From positions 88,933-152,932 of the IMG/VR virus record IMGVR_UViG_3300029288_000084: DNA of 64,000 bases, one strand, 5' to 3'. The stretch is from a virus. Taxonomy: Duplodnaviria; Caudoviricetes. Shown here one piece after another: positions 48,281 to 57,407 of this stretch (its first letter is position 1; the number at the start of each line of letters is the position of its first letter). The translations under genes and the position numbers were made by a program. The notes beneath the pieces were generated by a model. The model made no database searches and was not told where the DNA came from. It saw only the letters and a list, made by a program, of their open reading frames with translations.

Positions 48281-49086
48281 TTTTTATCCCTAGATAAAGC
48301 AGTTGCTAACCAATCTGAAATATTTGTATCTGTATTGAGACTATCAGATCTCTTTCGATACAAAGGTTCTGTTTCTTGGAATGTAAGATGTAAAGAAACT
48401 TTTGTTGGCCAACCACTATGAAAAGAAGTAAAAGAACCCTCAGGTGTATATTCAACACTGTAATTAGTCAGTGCAAAGTATTTGTCTTTAAAACCAAAGT
48501 CAAGTAAATTGTATTCATCTATTTCTTCATCATCGATACCATTTATTTGAATTTCCCAGATAGCAGGGAATGAAATAAAGGCTTCAGCTACTCCCATTTG
48601 AGGTAAACAAAACTTTTTGAAAAGAAGTAGAATTAACTTGACATGATTTTCTTCTACCTTACTTCTTGGCATAAGATCAAATTTAAAAGTGAATGATCTA
48701 AATTCAGGACCAGAGTAAATTAATTCTTCTGCTGGGTTTGAAGTTATTCCAGTTGCTGAACTAATTGTTCGAAATGCAAGTCCACCAAGTTTTTGTTGAA
48801 CTGCATTTGTAATATTGCTTAATACACCTTTCAATCCCATTGTACCAGGTGTCCAATTTTGTGTAATAGATTCACCAAGATCATTTGGTAAAGCAAGCCC
48901 TATGTGAAATAAATTTTCAACGCTCATTTCAACTTCTTGAGTGTCTTTACCTTTCATCTTATAATCACGACATTTAAACAGACAATATCGATTTATATTA
49001 TCAGTTGTTTTCCCATAAGCTGTTTTTTGAGAGTTTATGTTCTCAAATACTTCTGTTGGATAATATATTGTTGTAGGTTCTGACAT
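48277..49086 (-). CDS. gp48: Baseplate tail-tube cap gp48-like
   Basis: NP..ELIY.GP.FRSF.F.F.LMPRS..E, V.YTP.G, P....L.L.FQE. Confidence 0.85.
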   Translation of the reverse strand: MSEPTTIYYPTEVFENINSQKTAYGKTTDNINRYCLFKCRDYKMKGKDTQEVEMSVENLFHIGLALPNDLGESITQNWTPGTMGLKGVLSNITNAVQQKLGGLAFRTISSATGITSNPAEELIYSGPEFRSFTFKFDLMPRSKVEENHVKLILLLFKKFCLPQMGVAEAFISFPAIWEIQINGIDDEEIDEYNLLDFGFKDKYFALTNYSVEYTPEGSFTSFHSGWPTKVSLHLTFQETEPLYRKRSDSLNTDTNISDWLATALSRDKK

Positions 49087-49104
49087 ATGTATTCCTCTTA
49101 AAAA

Positions 49105-49112
49105 TATTTATA
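49105..49112 (-). promoter_or_regulatory. T4-type late promoter TATAAATA
   Basis: Exact match upstream of gp48. Confidence 0.75.
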
Positions 49113-49144
49113 AGAGAAATATTCTTTTTCATATATATATTTTT

Positions 49145-49591
49145 ATGAAATATCCAAAACCAAAACGATACTTTCCAATACACCCAGAAAAATATGCAGG
49201 CGATGTTAATGGCATAATTTGTCGATCTAATCTTGAAAGGCATTTTTTCAAATCCTTTGATAGAAATGAGAATGTAATTGCTTGGGGAAGTGAAGAGATT
49301 CATATACCATATTTTTATCCAGTTGATCAAAGCTGGCACCGTTATTTTCCTGATAACATTTTGAAAATAAAAGGTCAAGATGGGTCAATTTACAAAATTC
49401 TCATTGAAATCAAACCAAGAGTATTCTGTTCCCCGCCTCCAAAACCTAAAAGAATAACCAAAGGGTATATTAACACAGTGAATGATTATATTCGCAACAG
49501 ATCTAAATGGGAAGCTGCTGATAAGTGGTGTAAACAGAATGGTTTCATTTTTAAGATTCTTACTGAGCAGGATCTAAAGAAGAGCATATAG
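49145..49591 (+). CDS. gp4: Head completion protein gp4 (TnsA-like nuclease fold)
   Basis: P.KY.GD...I..RS.LE, W.SEE..IPY, HRYFPD, EIKP, N..KWEAA, ILTE. Confidence 0.92.
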   Translation: MKYPKPKRYFPIHPEKYAGDVNGIICRSNLERHFFKSFDRNENVIAWGSEEIHIPYFYPVDQSWHRYFPDNILKIKGQDGSIYKILIEIKPRVFCSPPPKPKRITKGYINTVNDYIRNRSKWEAADKWCKQNGFIFKILTEQDLKKSI

Positions 49592-49682
49592 ATTCTCATG
49601 TACTTTTGATTGTAACACGTAAGCTACTTAGATCTATACAAGTTCATCATCATTTTTACAACTATTGATTATATAAAAGAAA

Positions 49683-49755
49683 AGCCCCTGGTAGGAATTG
49701 AACCCACACAACATGCATTACAAATGCATCACTCTACCTATTGAGTTACAGGGGC
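49683..49755 (-). tRNA. tRNA-Thr (TGT)
   Basis: GCCCCTG/CAGGGGC acceptor; ATGCA-TTTGTAA-TGCAT arm. Confidence 0.92.
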
Positions 49756-49758
49756 TTG

Positions 49759-49830
49759 CGTCCGAAGAAGGATTCGAACCTCCAACAATCTGGTTAACAG
49801 CCAGATGCTCTACCATTGAGCTACTCGGAC
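49759..49830 (-). tRNA. tRNA-Asn (GTT)
   Basis: GTCCGAG/TTCGGAC acceptor; TCTGG-CTGTTAA-CCAGA arm. Confidence 0.92.
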
Positions 49831-49834
49831 AAAA

Positions 49835-49907
49835 TGAGGCAGGCGAGACTTGAACTCGCAACCTCCGCCTTAAAAGGGCGAAGCTCTGCCAATTGAGCTA
49901 CTACCTC
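49835..49907 (-). tRNA. tRNA-Lys (TTT)
   Basis: GAGGTAG/CTGCCTC acceptor; TCGCC-CTTTTAA-GGCGG arm. Confidence 0.92.
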
Positions 49908-49921
49908 TTTTTTATAAAACA

Positions 49922-50006
49922 TGGAGTAGGTTGGATTCGAACCAACATTGCAGCATGCTGAATAACAGTAGCTGAAGTTTTGCCAATAATTTTAAACTAC
50001 TACCCC
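49922..50006 (-). ncRNA. tRNA-like RNA with non-canonical anticodon arm
   Basis: Acceptor GGGGTAG/CTACTCC, D stem GTTT/AAAC and perfect T arm, but CAGC-TA-CTG-TTATT-CAG-CAT-GCTG in place of a 7-nt anticodon loop. Confidence 0.7.
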
Positions 50007-50022
50007 TTTTCATTCTACTAAA

Positions 50023-51117
50023 TCAATCTCTAAAGATTGAATCAGCATCCATCTTAATTTCTTCGTTTTTGGCAGCTGCTTCATTCAATCCTATTAGCTC
50101 ATTTTCAATTCTTTGAGTTTCTTGGCTTACAGCAGCAGGAGCGGGAGCAGGAGTTGCAGCTGGAGCTGGCGCAGCAGGTTGTGTGACAGGAGTTGCGACT
50201 GGAGCAGAAGCTGGTGTAGAAGGCTGTTCAGTTGTTTTAGCAAACAACGTTTGAACATCTTTGATATCAGGAGCAGATGGAGCAGGAGCTGAAGCCGAGG
50301 CGGCAAAAGTGCCACTGTTATGCTGACAGAATTCTTCATATCTCTTTTTGATTTCATCGTATGAACGAATGGCATACTTCTTCTCTGTTAGTAGTTGCTT
50401 TAAATCCCAGCACTGTTGCCAAATTTCATTGATCTTTGCATCATCTCCAACAGGCTCGATAGTTTCAGAGAAAGCCGAAAGAGTGTAATTTCTGACCCCC
50501 ACCTTCTTGTTGTTGATCTGTTTGGATTCAGTGAAAACTTTGATCTTGAAATTGGAAGATTCAAGAGGATTGAAAACATTCATCTTGATTTCACCAGGGA
50601 ATTTCGGTTCTAGCTTTTCCATGATCTTCTTGAAAATGTCATTTGGAACTTCATACAGAAAAACCTTACCGCTGTTTTCTGGTTCAACAGGATCTTCAAT
50701 TATGTAAATATTGCAAATATAGTGATGATGCTTCTTCTTCAACCTGTAAAGATCCTTATCCTTCTCCTCACCCGTTTGCCATAGTGGCGCAATCGCTTCA
50801 CATACTGGACAAGGTTGGCCAGCCATTGTTGGGCAATTCTCAACATAATACTTACCAGAAGATCCCTGATAGTAATGCTGAAGATGCTCAACAATTTGAA
50901 ACTCTGAACTTAGATTCTTATCAGGAAAAAATCTAACAAGAGCATAACCATTTCCAGATTTATCCCTCTTGGGTTCCCAGAAGCGTTTGTCTTCTTCTTT
51001 TTGAAAAGTCTTTTCAGACATTTTCCTTGCTTTCTCAAATGTTCGGTTGTTGAAAGCAAATCCCTGATCCCTAAGCTTTGAAGTTAAAGTAACTTCGCCT
51101 TCCTTCCTTTCTTGCAT
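50023..51117 (-). CDS. gp32: Single-stranded DNA-binding protein gp32
   Basis: DKRFW.P.RDKSGNGYALVRF.P, YVENCP....CPVCE, DP..PEN.GKVFLY, acidic tail. Confidence 0.95.
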   Translation of the reverse strand: MQERKEGEVTLTSKLRDQGFAFNNRTFEKARKMSEKTFQKEEDKRFWEPKRDKSGNGYALVRFFPDKNLSSEFQIVEHLQHYYQGSSGKYYVENCPTMAGQPCPVCEAIAPLWQTGEEKDKDLYRLKKKHHHYICNIYIIEDPVEPENSGKVFLYEVPNDIFKKIMEKLEPKFPGEIKMNVFNPLESSNFKIKVFTESKQINNKKVGVRNYTLSAFSETIEPVGDDAKINEIWQQCWDLKQLLTEKKYAIRSYDEIKKRYEEFCQHNSGTFAASASAPAPSAPDIKDVQTLFAKTTEQPSTPASAPVATPVTQPAAPAPAATPAPAPAAVSQETQRIENELIGLNEAAAKNEEIKMDADSIFRD

Positions 51118-51120
51118 TAT

Positions 51121-51702
51121 TTATTCTCCTTGTAATGTTTTTTGTAATACAATTTCTAAATCTTTCCAGTTTATTTTATTTTCTATTAATTTCAAATATT
51201 TTTCTATTCTCAATTCATACTCACCCCAATATTTCGAGTCTTTAATACTTGTATTCTGCCAATCATATGCAACACCATTTAATATAAAGCCGCCTATGAT
51301 AAATTTGAACAAAAACATAAGAGTCTCAATTCGAATGGTTTTAGATTTGATTTCCTTGCAGATATCCTGTGCAGGATTTGAATTTAAGTAATTCATATCC
51401 TTTTCAAACCAATAAACATAATTTGACCAATAACGATTAAAATCAACAACAATTTCTAAATTATCTTTTAACGACAAATAGTAAGTTTTTGGTTTGACTA
51501 AGAAATTTGCTATGCACATTTTTCTGAATTCAAGTAGCGTTATTTCTTGTTGAATTCTTCGCCACCAGTTTTTTTTCAATTCAGATTCTCTATTCCATGG
51601 AACGATAAATGGTACTGAATTCTTTCCATAGATAAAGGTTTTGGAATTGAAATGGGCTTTCAAATTCAAATATTCTTGATAATATTCAATTACTTGTGCC
51701 AT
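51121..51702 (-). CDS. gp59: Helicase loader gp59-like
   Basis: Y..YL.LK.HF, ANF, Y.F..D, I.IET; synteny gp33-gp59-gp32. Confidence 0.8.
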   Translation of the reverse strand: MAQVIEYYQEYLNLKAHFNSKTFIYGKNSVPFIVPWNRESELKKNWWRRIQQEITLLEFRKMCIANFLVKPKTYYLSLKDNLEIVVDFNRYWSNYVYWFEKDMNYLNSNPAQDICKEIKSKTIRIETLMFLFKFIIGGFILNGVAYDWQNTSIKDSKYWGEYELRIEKYLKLIENKINWKDLEIVLQKTLQGE

Positions 51703-51710
51703 TTGTACCT

Positions 51711-51741
51711 ATTATATTATACAATTGATTTTTATTTAGTA
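51711..51741 (-). promoter_or_regulatory. TACTAAA-N18-TATAAT promoter
   Basis: Conserved motif upstream of gp59-gp32. Confidence 0.65.
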
Positions 51742-51745
51742 AAAT

Positions 51746-52045
51746 TTAGCCTTGAATCTGTGTTACTGGAACAGAAAATTTGGATGTATTATCTTTGAGA
51801 ACTATCAATATACCATCACCTGAATCAAAAAATACAATATCAAAAGTAGACCAATCTTTTAGCTCTTTTAATTCATTTGTGTAATTTTTTAAATTATCAA
51901 ATACACTGCCTTCATTATTAATCATTTCTACTGCTGTTGGTAGATCAAAATCTTTCATACTAAAGATTAGTATGTTTACAGTTCCAAAATATTCTTGCAT
52001 GTTATCTCCTTTTACCACCTCAGATTTATTGGAAAGTATTTCCAT
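51746..52045 (-). CDS. Hypothetical protein
   Basis: ORF; real start probably MQEYF after AAGGAG. Confidence 0.5.
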   Translation of the reverse strand: MEILSNKSEVVKGDNMQEYFGTVNILIFSMKDFDLPTAVEMINNEGSVFDNLKNYTNELKELKDWSTFDIVFFDSGDGILIVLKDNTSKFSVPVTQIQG

Positions 52046-52353
52046 TTAGAGGGCGTAAAATATTTTGCATCTCTTTTCAATAAAATTTTTCGCATTTTTT
52101 TATGAAATTTTGCACGTGCTAATCTTTCTTCTTCTGAATGTGATGACATACGTGAAGAATTCATAAATGAATCTGTTTCAATACAGTAATTATGATCTTT
52201 AAGTTTTAAAAAACAACCTTTACATCTAGTTGTACTTGTATGTGGATAAAAATAAATTTGACAAAAAGGGCAAAAGATCGGTGGATCATTTTCTTCGTAT
52301 CGTCTAATCAAATCCAATTGTGCTTCAAGTGTTCTTTGTTTGTAAGATTTCAT
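52012..52353 (-). CDS. Cys-rich paralog family B member
   Basis: KQRT...LI.RY.EN.P..CPFC.IY..C.GCF..RA.FH.K..YFTP..W shared with 57766-58134 and 61447-61821. Confidence 0.7.
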   Translation of the reverse strand: MKSYKQRTLEAQLDLIRRYEENDPPIFCPFCQIYFYPHTSTTRCKGCFLKLKDHNYCIETDSFMNSSRMSSHSEEERLARAKFHKKMRKILLKRDAKYFTPSKWKYFPINLRW

Positions 52354-52354
52354 T

Positions 52355-52600
52355 TTATTCTCCAGTAAATATATTTTTTATACTTTCACATTTTTTACAT
52401 TTTAGTAAGTGTTTTTCTATTCCCTCTTTTTTAACTTCTTCTTTTAAATCATCCTTCATCAAACGAACAACTTCTGTATATTTCAAATCTAACATTTCAA
52501 TAACTTTACAAATAGAATTAATGTAAGAAAGTCCACCATTGTGAAATTCCATTACAATTTCATAAAATTTGTTTTTATCCCTTTCTTTTATTTTTCTCAT
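52355..52600 (-). CDS. gp33: Late-transcription coactivator gp33-like
   Basis: SYI.SI......L.......L....LKE....E.....LL; synteny upstream of gp59. Confidence 0.7.
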   Translation of the reverse strand: MRKIKERDKNKFYEIVMEFHNGGLSYINSICKVIEMLDLKYTEVVRLMKDDLKEEVKKEGIEKHLLKCKKCESIKNIFTGE

Positions 52601-53553
52601 GTATTTGATACTGTTTCATTAACACTGAGCTGTTCTTCAGAAAGATTGTATATGTCGTTGATGAGATTTTCAAATTGCTCTTGACTGTAACCAGGAATGA
52701 GTTGTATGCCACCTGCATATGGATGAGCGCCACAATCTTTCACAATTTCTCTGTTCATTTTATCAAAAGTTTTACTAAGATCAATGCCTTCTTTGCGAAT
52801 TCGAACTGAAAGTTTATGCTCGTTTGGAGTAAAAACAAAATAATACTGATATCCCCTTTCTATTAAAGTTACTTCATTTGTAAATTCAGTTGCTTGATCA
52901 CTCATAAATAGGATAGCATTTTTGTTGAATACAAACTTGTCAGATTCTTCAACCAATTTCTTTTTGACTTCCAATTGATGAATTGCTCTATTTAATTCAT
53001 CTTGTGATAAGTTTGTATATCCATTGTAAAATCTAGCTACAAACATATCCCAATTGTAAAACCAAAATTGACTATTCAAATAGTAAGCTAAAGAAAAATC
53101 GGAGTGATCAATTCTCCAACAATCGTAAATATCAGTCAATTCAACCAATCTTGTTAATTGATCAAAAATCTCTTTTGAAAGTTTTCCTTGTAATGATTCT
53201 TTGAATTCTCGATATACAATACTAGCACCACAAACCATCTTATCAAAGTAAATATTGTTGTAGTAAGGTCTTAATTTATCTATTTGAAGTTCAGTTGATT
53301 CGTGATGATCAAATAGAAATATTTTTGAGAAATTTTCATGTAACTTTTTTGATTGTTCAACATTGATTGCCATATCTGTTACAAGAACTGTATCAATATT
53401 AAATATGCATTGATCTTCAATTATTTTGTCAACCTTCTTTTCAAGCTTGCCATATCCACAACAGTAGTAACGAATATCTTCGAGAAGATGTTTTAAGAGA
53501 ATATAACAAACAACTCCATCGAGGTCATAATGCGTTAAATTTACAATTGACAT
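52597..53553 (-). CDS. DHH-family phosphoesterase
   Basis: H.DLDG, TD, FDHH, YD.W, S.R, GAHPYAGG. Confidence 0.9.
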   Translation of the reverse strand: MSIVNLTHYDLDGVVCYILLKHLLEDIRYYCCGYGKLEKKVDKIIEDQCIFNIDTVLVTDMAINVEQSKKLHENFSKIFLFDHHESTELQIDKLRPYYNNIYFDKMVCGASIVYREFKESLQGKLSKEIFDQLTRLVELTDIYDCWRIDHSDFSLAYYLNSQFWFYNWDMFVARFYNGYTNLSQDELNRAIHQLEVKKKLVEESDKFVFNKNAILFMSDQATEFTNEVTLIERGYQYYFVFTPNEHKLSVRIRKEGIDLSKTFDKMNREIVKDCGAHPYAGGIQLIPGYSQEQFENLINDIYNLSEEQLSVNETVSNT

Positions 53554-53907
53554 TTATCCCACCTTTTTTAATAATTTTACTTTTCTAGCAAAAATAGTAT
53601 CACAACCATTAGATGATGAAAAATATTTTCTATCAAAGTATAAATACCAAAAAATCTCCCACTTACTTTTTTGAATTTGACATTTGTAAATTAAACCATT
53701 AGGACAAAAATTATTTTTAAATTTTTTAGCTTCTTTTTTTAATTTAAAAGTGCCTAACGGTCCATTTCCACTTTTACTACCAATCCATTTATCTATTTTA
53801 TATTCCATAATTGCATTACAAGCAGCAGGCCCAATTTTATGTACCCATGCAGACAATAGTTTTTTATCTTCTTTTCTAACAACTTTATATGCATATTCTT
53901 CTTTCAT
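53554..53907 (-). CDS. Paralog family A member
   Basis: YKVV..L.S.W..YK..KW...GP...F..A..F..IY.C..T.FA..V.LLK. Confidence 0.7.
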   Translation of the reverse strand: MKEEYAYKVVRKEDKKLLSAWVHKIGPAACNAIMEYKIDKWIGSKSGNGPLGTFKLKKEAKKFKNNFCPNGLIYKCQIQKSKWEIFWYLYFDRKYFSSSNGCDTIFARKVKLLKKVG

Positions 53908-54239
53908 TTTACCCTCTTTAACAACATAACTTTGTCTGCAAAAATTGTATTTTTAAATATGGAGAAGGTTTTACTATCAGATGTACAAAACCAAAAAGAA
54001 TCATATTTACTTACCTTTACCTTACATCTATATATTACACCACAAACTCTACAAAATTGAAATTGAAATTCTTTAGCATCTTTCAATTTCTTAAAAGTAC
54101 CTAGAGGACCACATCCCTTTCTTCTTCCTGTCCATTTACCAATTTTATACTTTGTTACAGCATCAGGATGTCGTACCCAACTAGAATACAATCCATCAGT
54201 TCGTTCACGAACAACTTTATAAGCAAAAATTTCTTTCAT
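53904..54239 (-). CDS. Paralog family A member
   Basis: Same motif set. Confidence 0.7.
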   Translation of the reverse strand: MKEIFAYKVVRERTDGLYSSWVRHPDAVTKYKIGKWTGRRKGCGPLGTFKKLKDAKEFQFQFCRVCGVIYRCKVKVSKYDSFWFCTSDSKTFSIFKNTIFADKVMLLKRVK

Positions 54240-56092
54240 TTCTTTACCCTCACTTCAACATATTTTTGAATCATTCGAACAGCTTTAGCATCTTCTTTTT
54301 TCAATGCTCGAACTTGAGTTACCCTGAACTTCCACCACTTTATTCCTTCTTTAATCAATTCAATAACTTTTTCAGTATTTTCTGATTCTATTCTACTTCT
54401 AACAAATTCAATAAAGTTGTTTTCCCAAAGTTCTTCTTCTTTTTTTAATTTCTTCAATTCTATCAACAAAGGTAACATATCAAGATAATTTTCACGATCA
54501 ATTCTATTGTTTAAGTAATATTCAAAATCTTCAGAAGTTGCAGCATCAAAATTGATTACATTATCATAACTATCATAGATATAAAAAGGAATAGAGTTTT
54601 TTCTTTCATGTTGAACGGGTCTCCAACCATCGTAACTATAAATTGTATCACCTGGATTAAAATGACAAATATATTTTTTGTTGTTAATTTCTTTGTCTTG
54701 AAATTCTTTCCATTTCTTTTTTGTACTTATGTTAGTTCCATGTCCATAATAATTGTAATCTACTTCAATTGAATCAATATTGTAAATACCCTTCGACGGA
54801 TATTTGCCACAGTTTCTATAATTGTATGGAAAAAGAGATGATGCAATTTCTTTATAATTATATCCTCTAACACCAGCATATACGATTCTCGAACCCAATC
54901 TCAGATGTTTGGTGTTTTCTTTTATCCAATCTCTCCACAATAATCTTCCATTTGGCAATGCTAAAGTACCATCGTAGAGGAATTTTAATTTACCCTCATA
55001 TGTTTCTGGGTGTGAAAGATTGATGTCTTTATTTTCACCAAATATAGCGGTTCGTTCAATTAATCCTTGTATGAAAATAACTCTTTTTTTGTATTCAAAT
55101 ATTTTGTCTTTGTATTTGTCTCGATCATAACTTGAATCTGAGGAATCAATCAGTTCATACAATTTGTTCATTGTTTCAGGATCAGGGAAAAAGTAATCAG
55201 ATGAAATTTGTAATTCAGAATCTATTTTATAGAGATTTTCACCATTTCTGATTAAGAAAAATGTTTGATGATTGTAAGCATTAAGTTGGGCATTCGTTCT
55301 CCAATCACCATAATCTTTATCATACCTTCTTGGTTTTATTGCTACAACACATTTAGATTCAGGAACTAGTCTTAGATAATTTTTATTCAAAAGCAACCAT
55401 TCATCAAATTCGTGAGTTGTTCTAAAATCAATTCCATCATTTTCGCAAGTTCCAACCTCTTCATCCATATATAAAACAAGTTGTCTGAAATGAATTAAGT
55501 CGCTAGCTGGTGCATTTTCTCCCATTTGTATTTGTTCAATTTTTTCATCAATACCTAAATAAACATGAAATACACCTAGAACTTTTACAATTCTTCCAAC
55601 CTTTTCTTGATAACAACGAACAAGATAGCCTAGTTCTTGTTCTTTTATTTTCATCATACGACGAAATATTTCGATTTGTTGTTGCTTTTGTTCAAGGGAT
55701 TTTTTTGTTGCTAAAAGAATTTCTTTTGAATTTCCATGGACAGAAACCAAATCTGTTGAATCACTTTCTTCCTGATTATCATCTTCGCTGAATTCTTCAT
55801 CAACAAGACTCGGAACTTTAGCAAAAGTTTCATCTTCTATCTGTTGTGGTGTTTTTCCGGTAATAACAATATCATTATCATGCATGTTATGTTCCCAATT
55901 GGTTGAACTATAGAATTCTCCTTTTGTACCATCTGGATTTGCATGATATAACATAGCACCCTTTTTATTCACTTCATCAACAATATAAAAATGACCATCA
56001 CGATCTAATATCAGATCTCCATTGTTGAAAGTTCTATATTTAGGTTTTTCAATTTTCTGACTTTCAGATTTTTTTATATTGTTATTCGCCAT
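54236..56092 (-). CDS. Large hypothetical phage protein
   Basis: 618-aa ORF, coiled coil, YLG..E, Q.VLYMDEE. Confidence 0.7.
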   Translation of the reverse strand: MANNNIKKSESQKIEKPKYRTFNNGDLILDRDGHFYIVDEVNKKGAMLYHANPDGTKGEFYSSTNWEHNMHDNDIVITGKTPQQIEDETFAKVPSLVDEEFSEDDNQEESDSTDLVSVHGNSKEILLATKKSLEQKQQQIEIFRRMMKIKEQELGYLVRCYQEKVGRIVKVLGVFHVYLGIDEKIEQIQMGENAPASDLIHFRQLVLYMDEEVGTCENDGIDFRTTHEFDEWLLLNKNYLRLVPESKCVVAIKPRRYDKDYGDWRTNAQLNAYNHQTFFLIRNGENLYKIDSELQISSDYFFPDPETMNKLYELIDSSDSSYDRDKYKDKIFEYKKRVIFIQGLIERTAIFGENKDINLSHPETYEGKLKFLYDGTLALPNGRLLWRDWIKENTKHLRLGSRIVYAGVRGYNYKEIASSLFPYNYRNCGKYPSKGIYNIDSIEVDYNYYGHGTNISTKKKWKEFQDKEINNKKYICHFNPGDTIYSYDGWRPVQHERKNSIPFYIYDSYDNVINFDAATSEDFEYYLNNRIDRENYLDMLPLLIELKKLKKEEELWENNFIEFVRSRIESENTEKVIELIKEGIKWWKFRVTQVRALKKEDAKAVRMIQKYVEVRVKK

Positions 56093-56390
56093 GTATTTTT
56101 TTCAAGATTTTGTTTGCTTCTAAGTAATATTTCTTCTCTGTAAGACTGGCATTTGCATCAAGAACACGTTCAGCAATTTCGAAAATAAGATCATACATTT
56201 CAGGTGTTGCAACCATCACTTGCATATTCTTGTTACGCTGTTCTTCATCGCCATAACCAGTATAATCATCACCACAAACATCCAAACCATAAGCCATTTT
56301 AGAATTTTTTGGAGCTTCAATAAAACAAGATTCTGATCTAGGAAGATTTCTTAACTTCCAAGGACCCTTTGAAATTTCGATTTTTTTCAT
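56082..56390 (-). CDS. Hypothetical protein (xxGPW...N.....A.PE type)
   Basis: Pattern common in small phage early proteins. Confidence 0.55.
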   Translation of the reverse strand: MKKIEISKGPWKLRNLPRSESCFIEAPKNSKMAYGLDVCGDDYTGYGDEEQRNKNMQVMVATPEMYDLIFEIAERVLDANASLTEKKYYLEANKILKKIHGE

Positions 56391-56737
56391 GAGAAATACT
56401 TCTTTATGTCTATCCAGTTCGTAAAACGAATGCCTCTATCATCAATGTAAGCAATAGCAGGAATTTTTTCATTAGTGATAATTATTTTTTCAAAAACTTT
56501 GGTTGGTAAACCTTCCGCAGTAGCATGATAAATCAACCAATCTCTGATAGAATCTACCTGATTGATCTCTTTTCTGGCTCTTGTCGTAAAAATGTAGATC
56601 TCAAACTCATGTGACAGTTTGATGATCGTTTTTAAGGCATCAGGTATGGGGGCATCATAAATGCTCCCATCCTGCCAACCTTGGGTATACGCGTGAATTA
56701 CACCATCGAAATCAACTGCAATTCTTTTTTTTGACAT
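56387..56737 (-). CDS. HAD-family phosphatase / 5'-nucleotidase
   Basis: IAVDFDGVI, FTTR, K....YIDDR. Confidence 0.85.
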   Translation of the reverse strand: MSKKRIAVDFDGVIHAYTQGWQDGSIYDAPIPDALKTIIKLSHEFEIYIFTTRARKEINQVDSIRDWLIYHATAEGLPTKVFEKIIITNEKIPAIAYIDDRGIRFTNWIDIKKYFS

Positions 56738-57336
56738 CAGCTGTACATACCGGGAAATTCGACATTTTCCAGTTCAGAAATACCTTCTTCCAAATAGCCA
56801 ATCGCGCTATCAAGTTCACCTTCGAGATCTTCCCGCTCTTCGCTGAATGAACTGTCAACACTTTCAAACGCTGAAATGGCAGCATCAAGAGAATCAAAGG
56901 CACTCGAAAGCATCTCGTACTTGTTTGAACTTTCGAGGTTAGTTCCCTCAAGACCTGACTTCCAGTTCTCGATTTCATCACGAAGATTTTCAACTTCGCT
57001 GAAATCTAAAGAAGATGCAGCCTGAGTAGCTCTATTCTGAAGTTCGGACAACTGAGCTTCATAGTCAGATTTGATTTCAGATTTGGTCTCGGGAACTTCA
57101 GCAACAACAGGAACACCGTCAATGACGGGAGCAACTGGTACAGAAGCATCGTTACTGACAGGAGCAACAGGCTCTTCTTTGGTTTCTGTTTCAAGCTCTT
57201 CCTGTTCCTCAATCTCTTCGGGAGTTTCAAGAGATTCAACTTCACTCTTGATGTCTTCCAGATCGCTTTTCACACCTTCGATGTTACCAAGTACTTCCTG
57301 CAACCTCTTCGCTCTACTCATATAAGCCATAATCAA
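56737..57336 (-). CDS. Highly acidic helical protein
   Basis: Very E/D-rich; AAGGAGGT SD; sigma70-type promoter upstream. Confidence 0.75.
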   Translation of the reverse strand: MIMAYMSRAKRLQEVLGNIEGVKSDLEDIKSEVESLETPEEIEEQEELETETKEEPVAPVSNDASVPVAPVIDGVPVVAEVPETKSEIKSDYEAQLSELQNRATQAASSLDFSEVENLRDEIENWKSGLEGTNLESSNKYEMLSSAFDSLDAAISAFESVDSSFSEEREDLEGELDSAIGYLEEGISELENVEFPGMYS

Positions 57337-57362
57337 CCTCCTTTAAATTTTCTTACAATAAT

Positions 57363-57391
57363 ATTATAATATAGATTTGTGGAAAAAACAA
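57363..57391 (-). promoter_or_regulatory. Sigma70-type early promoter TTGTTT-N17-TATAAT with AT-rich upstream tract
   Basis: Perfect -10, 17-nt spacer. Confidence 0.6.
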
Positions 57392-57407
57392 TAGAAAAAT
57401 ATTTTTT

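Noticed and set aside
49043-49378. 111-aa minus-strand ORF
   Set aside because: Antisense to gp4 and spans the promoter region
49145-49591. TnsA transposase of a Tn7-like element
   Set aside because: Motifs and divergent position next to baseplate genes match T4 gp4 head completion protein; no other tns genes
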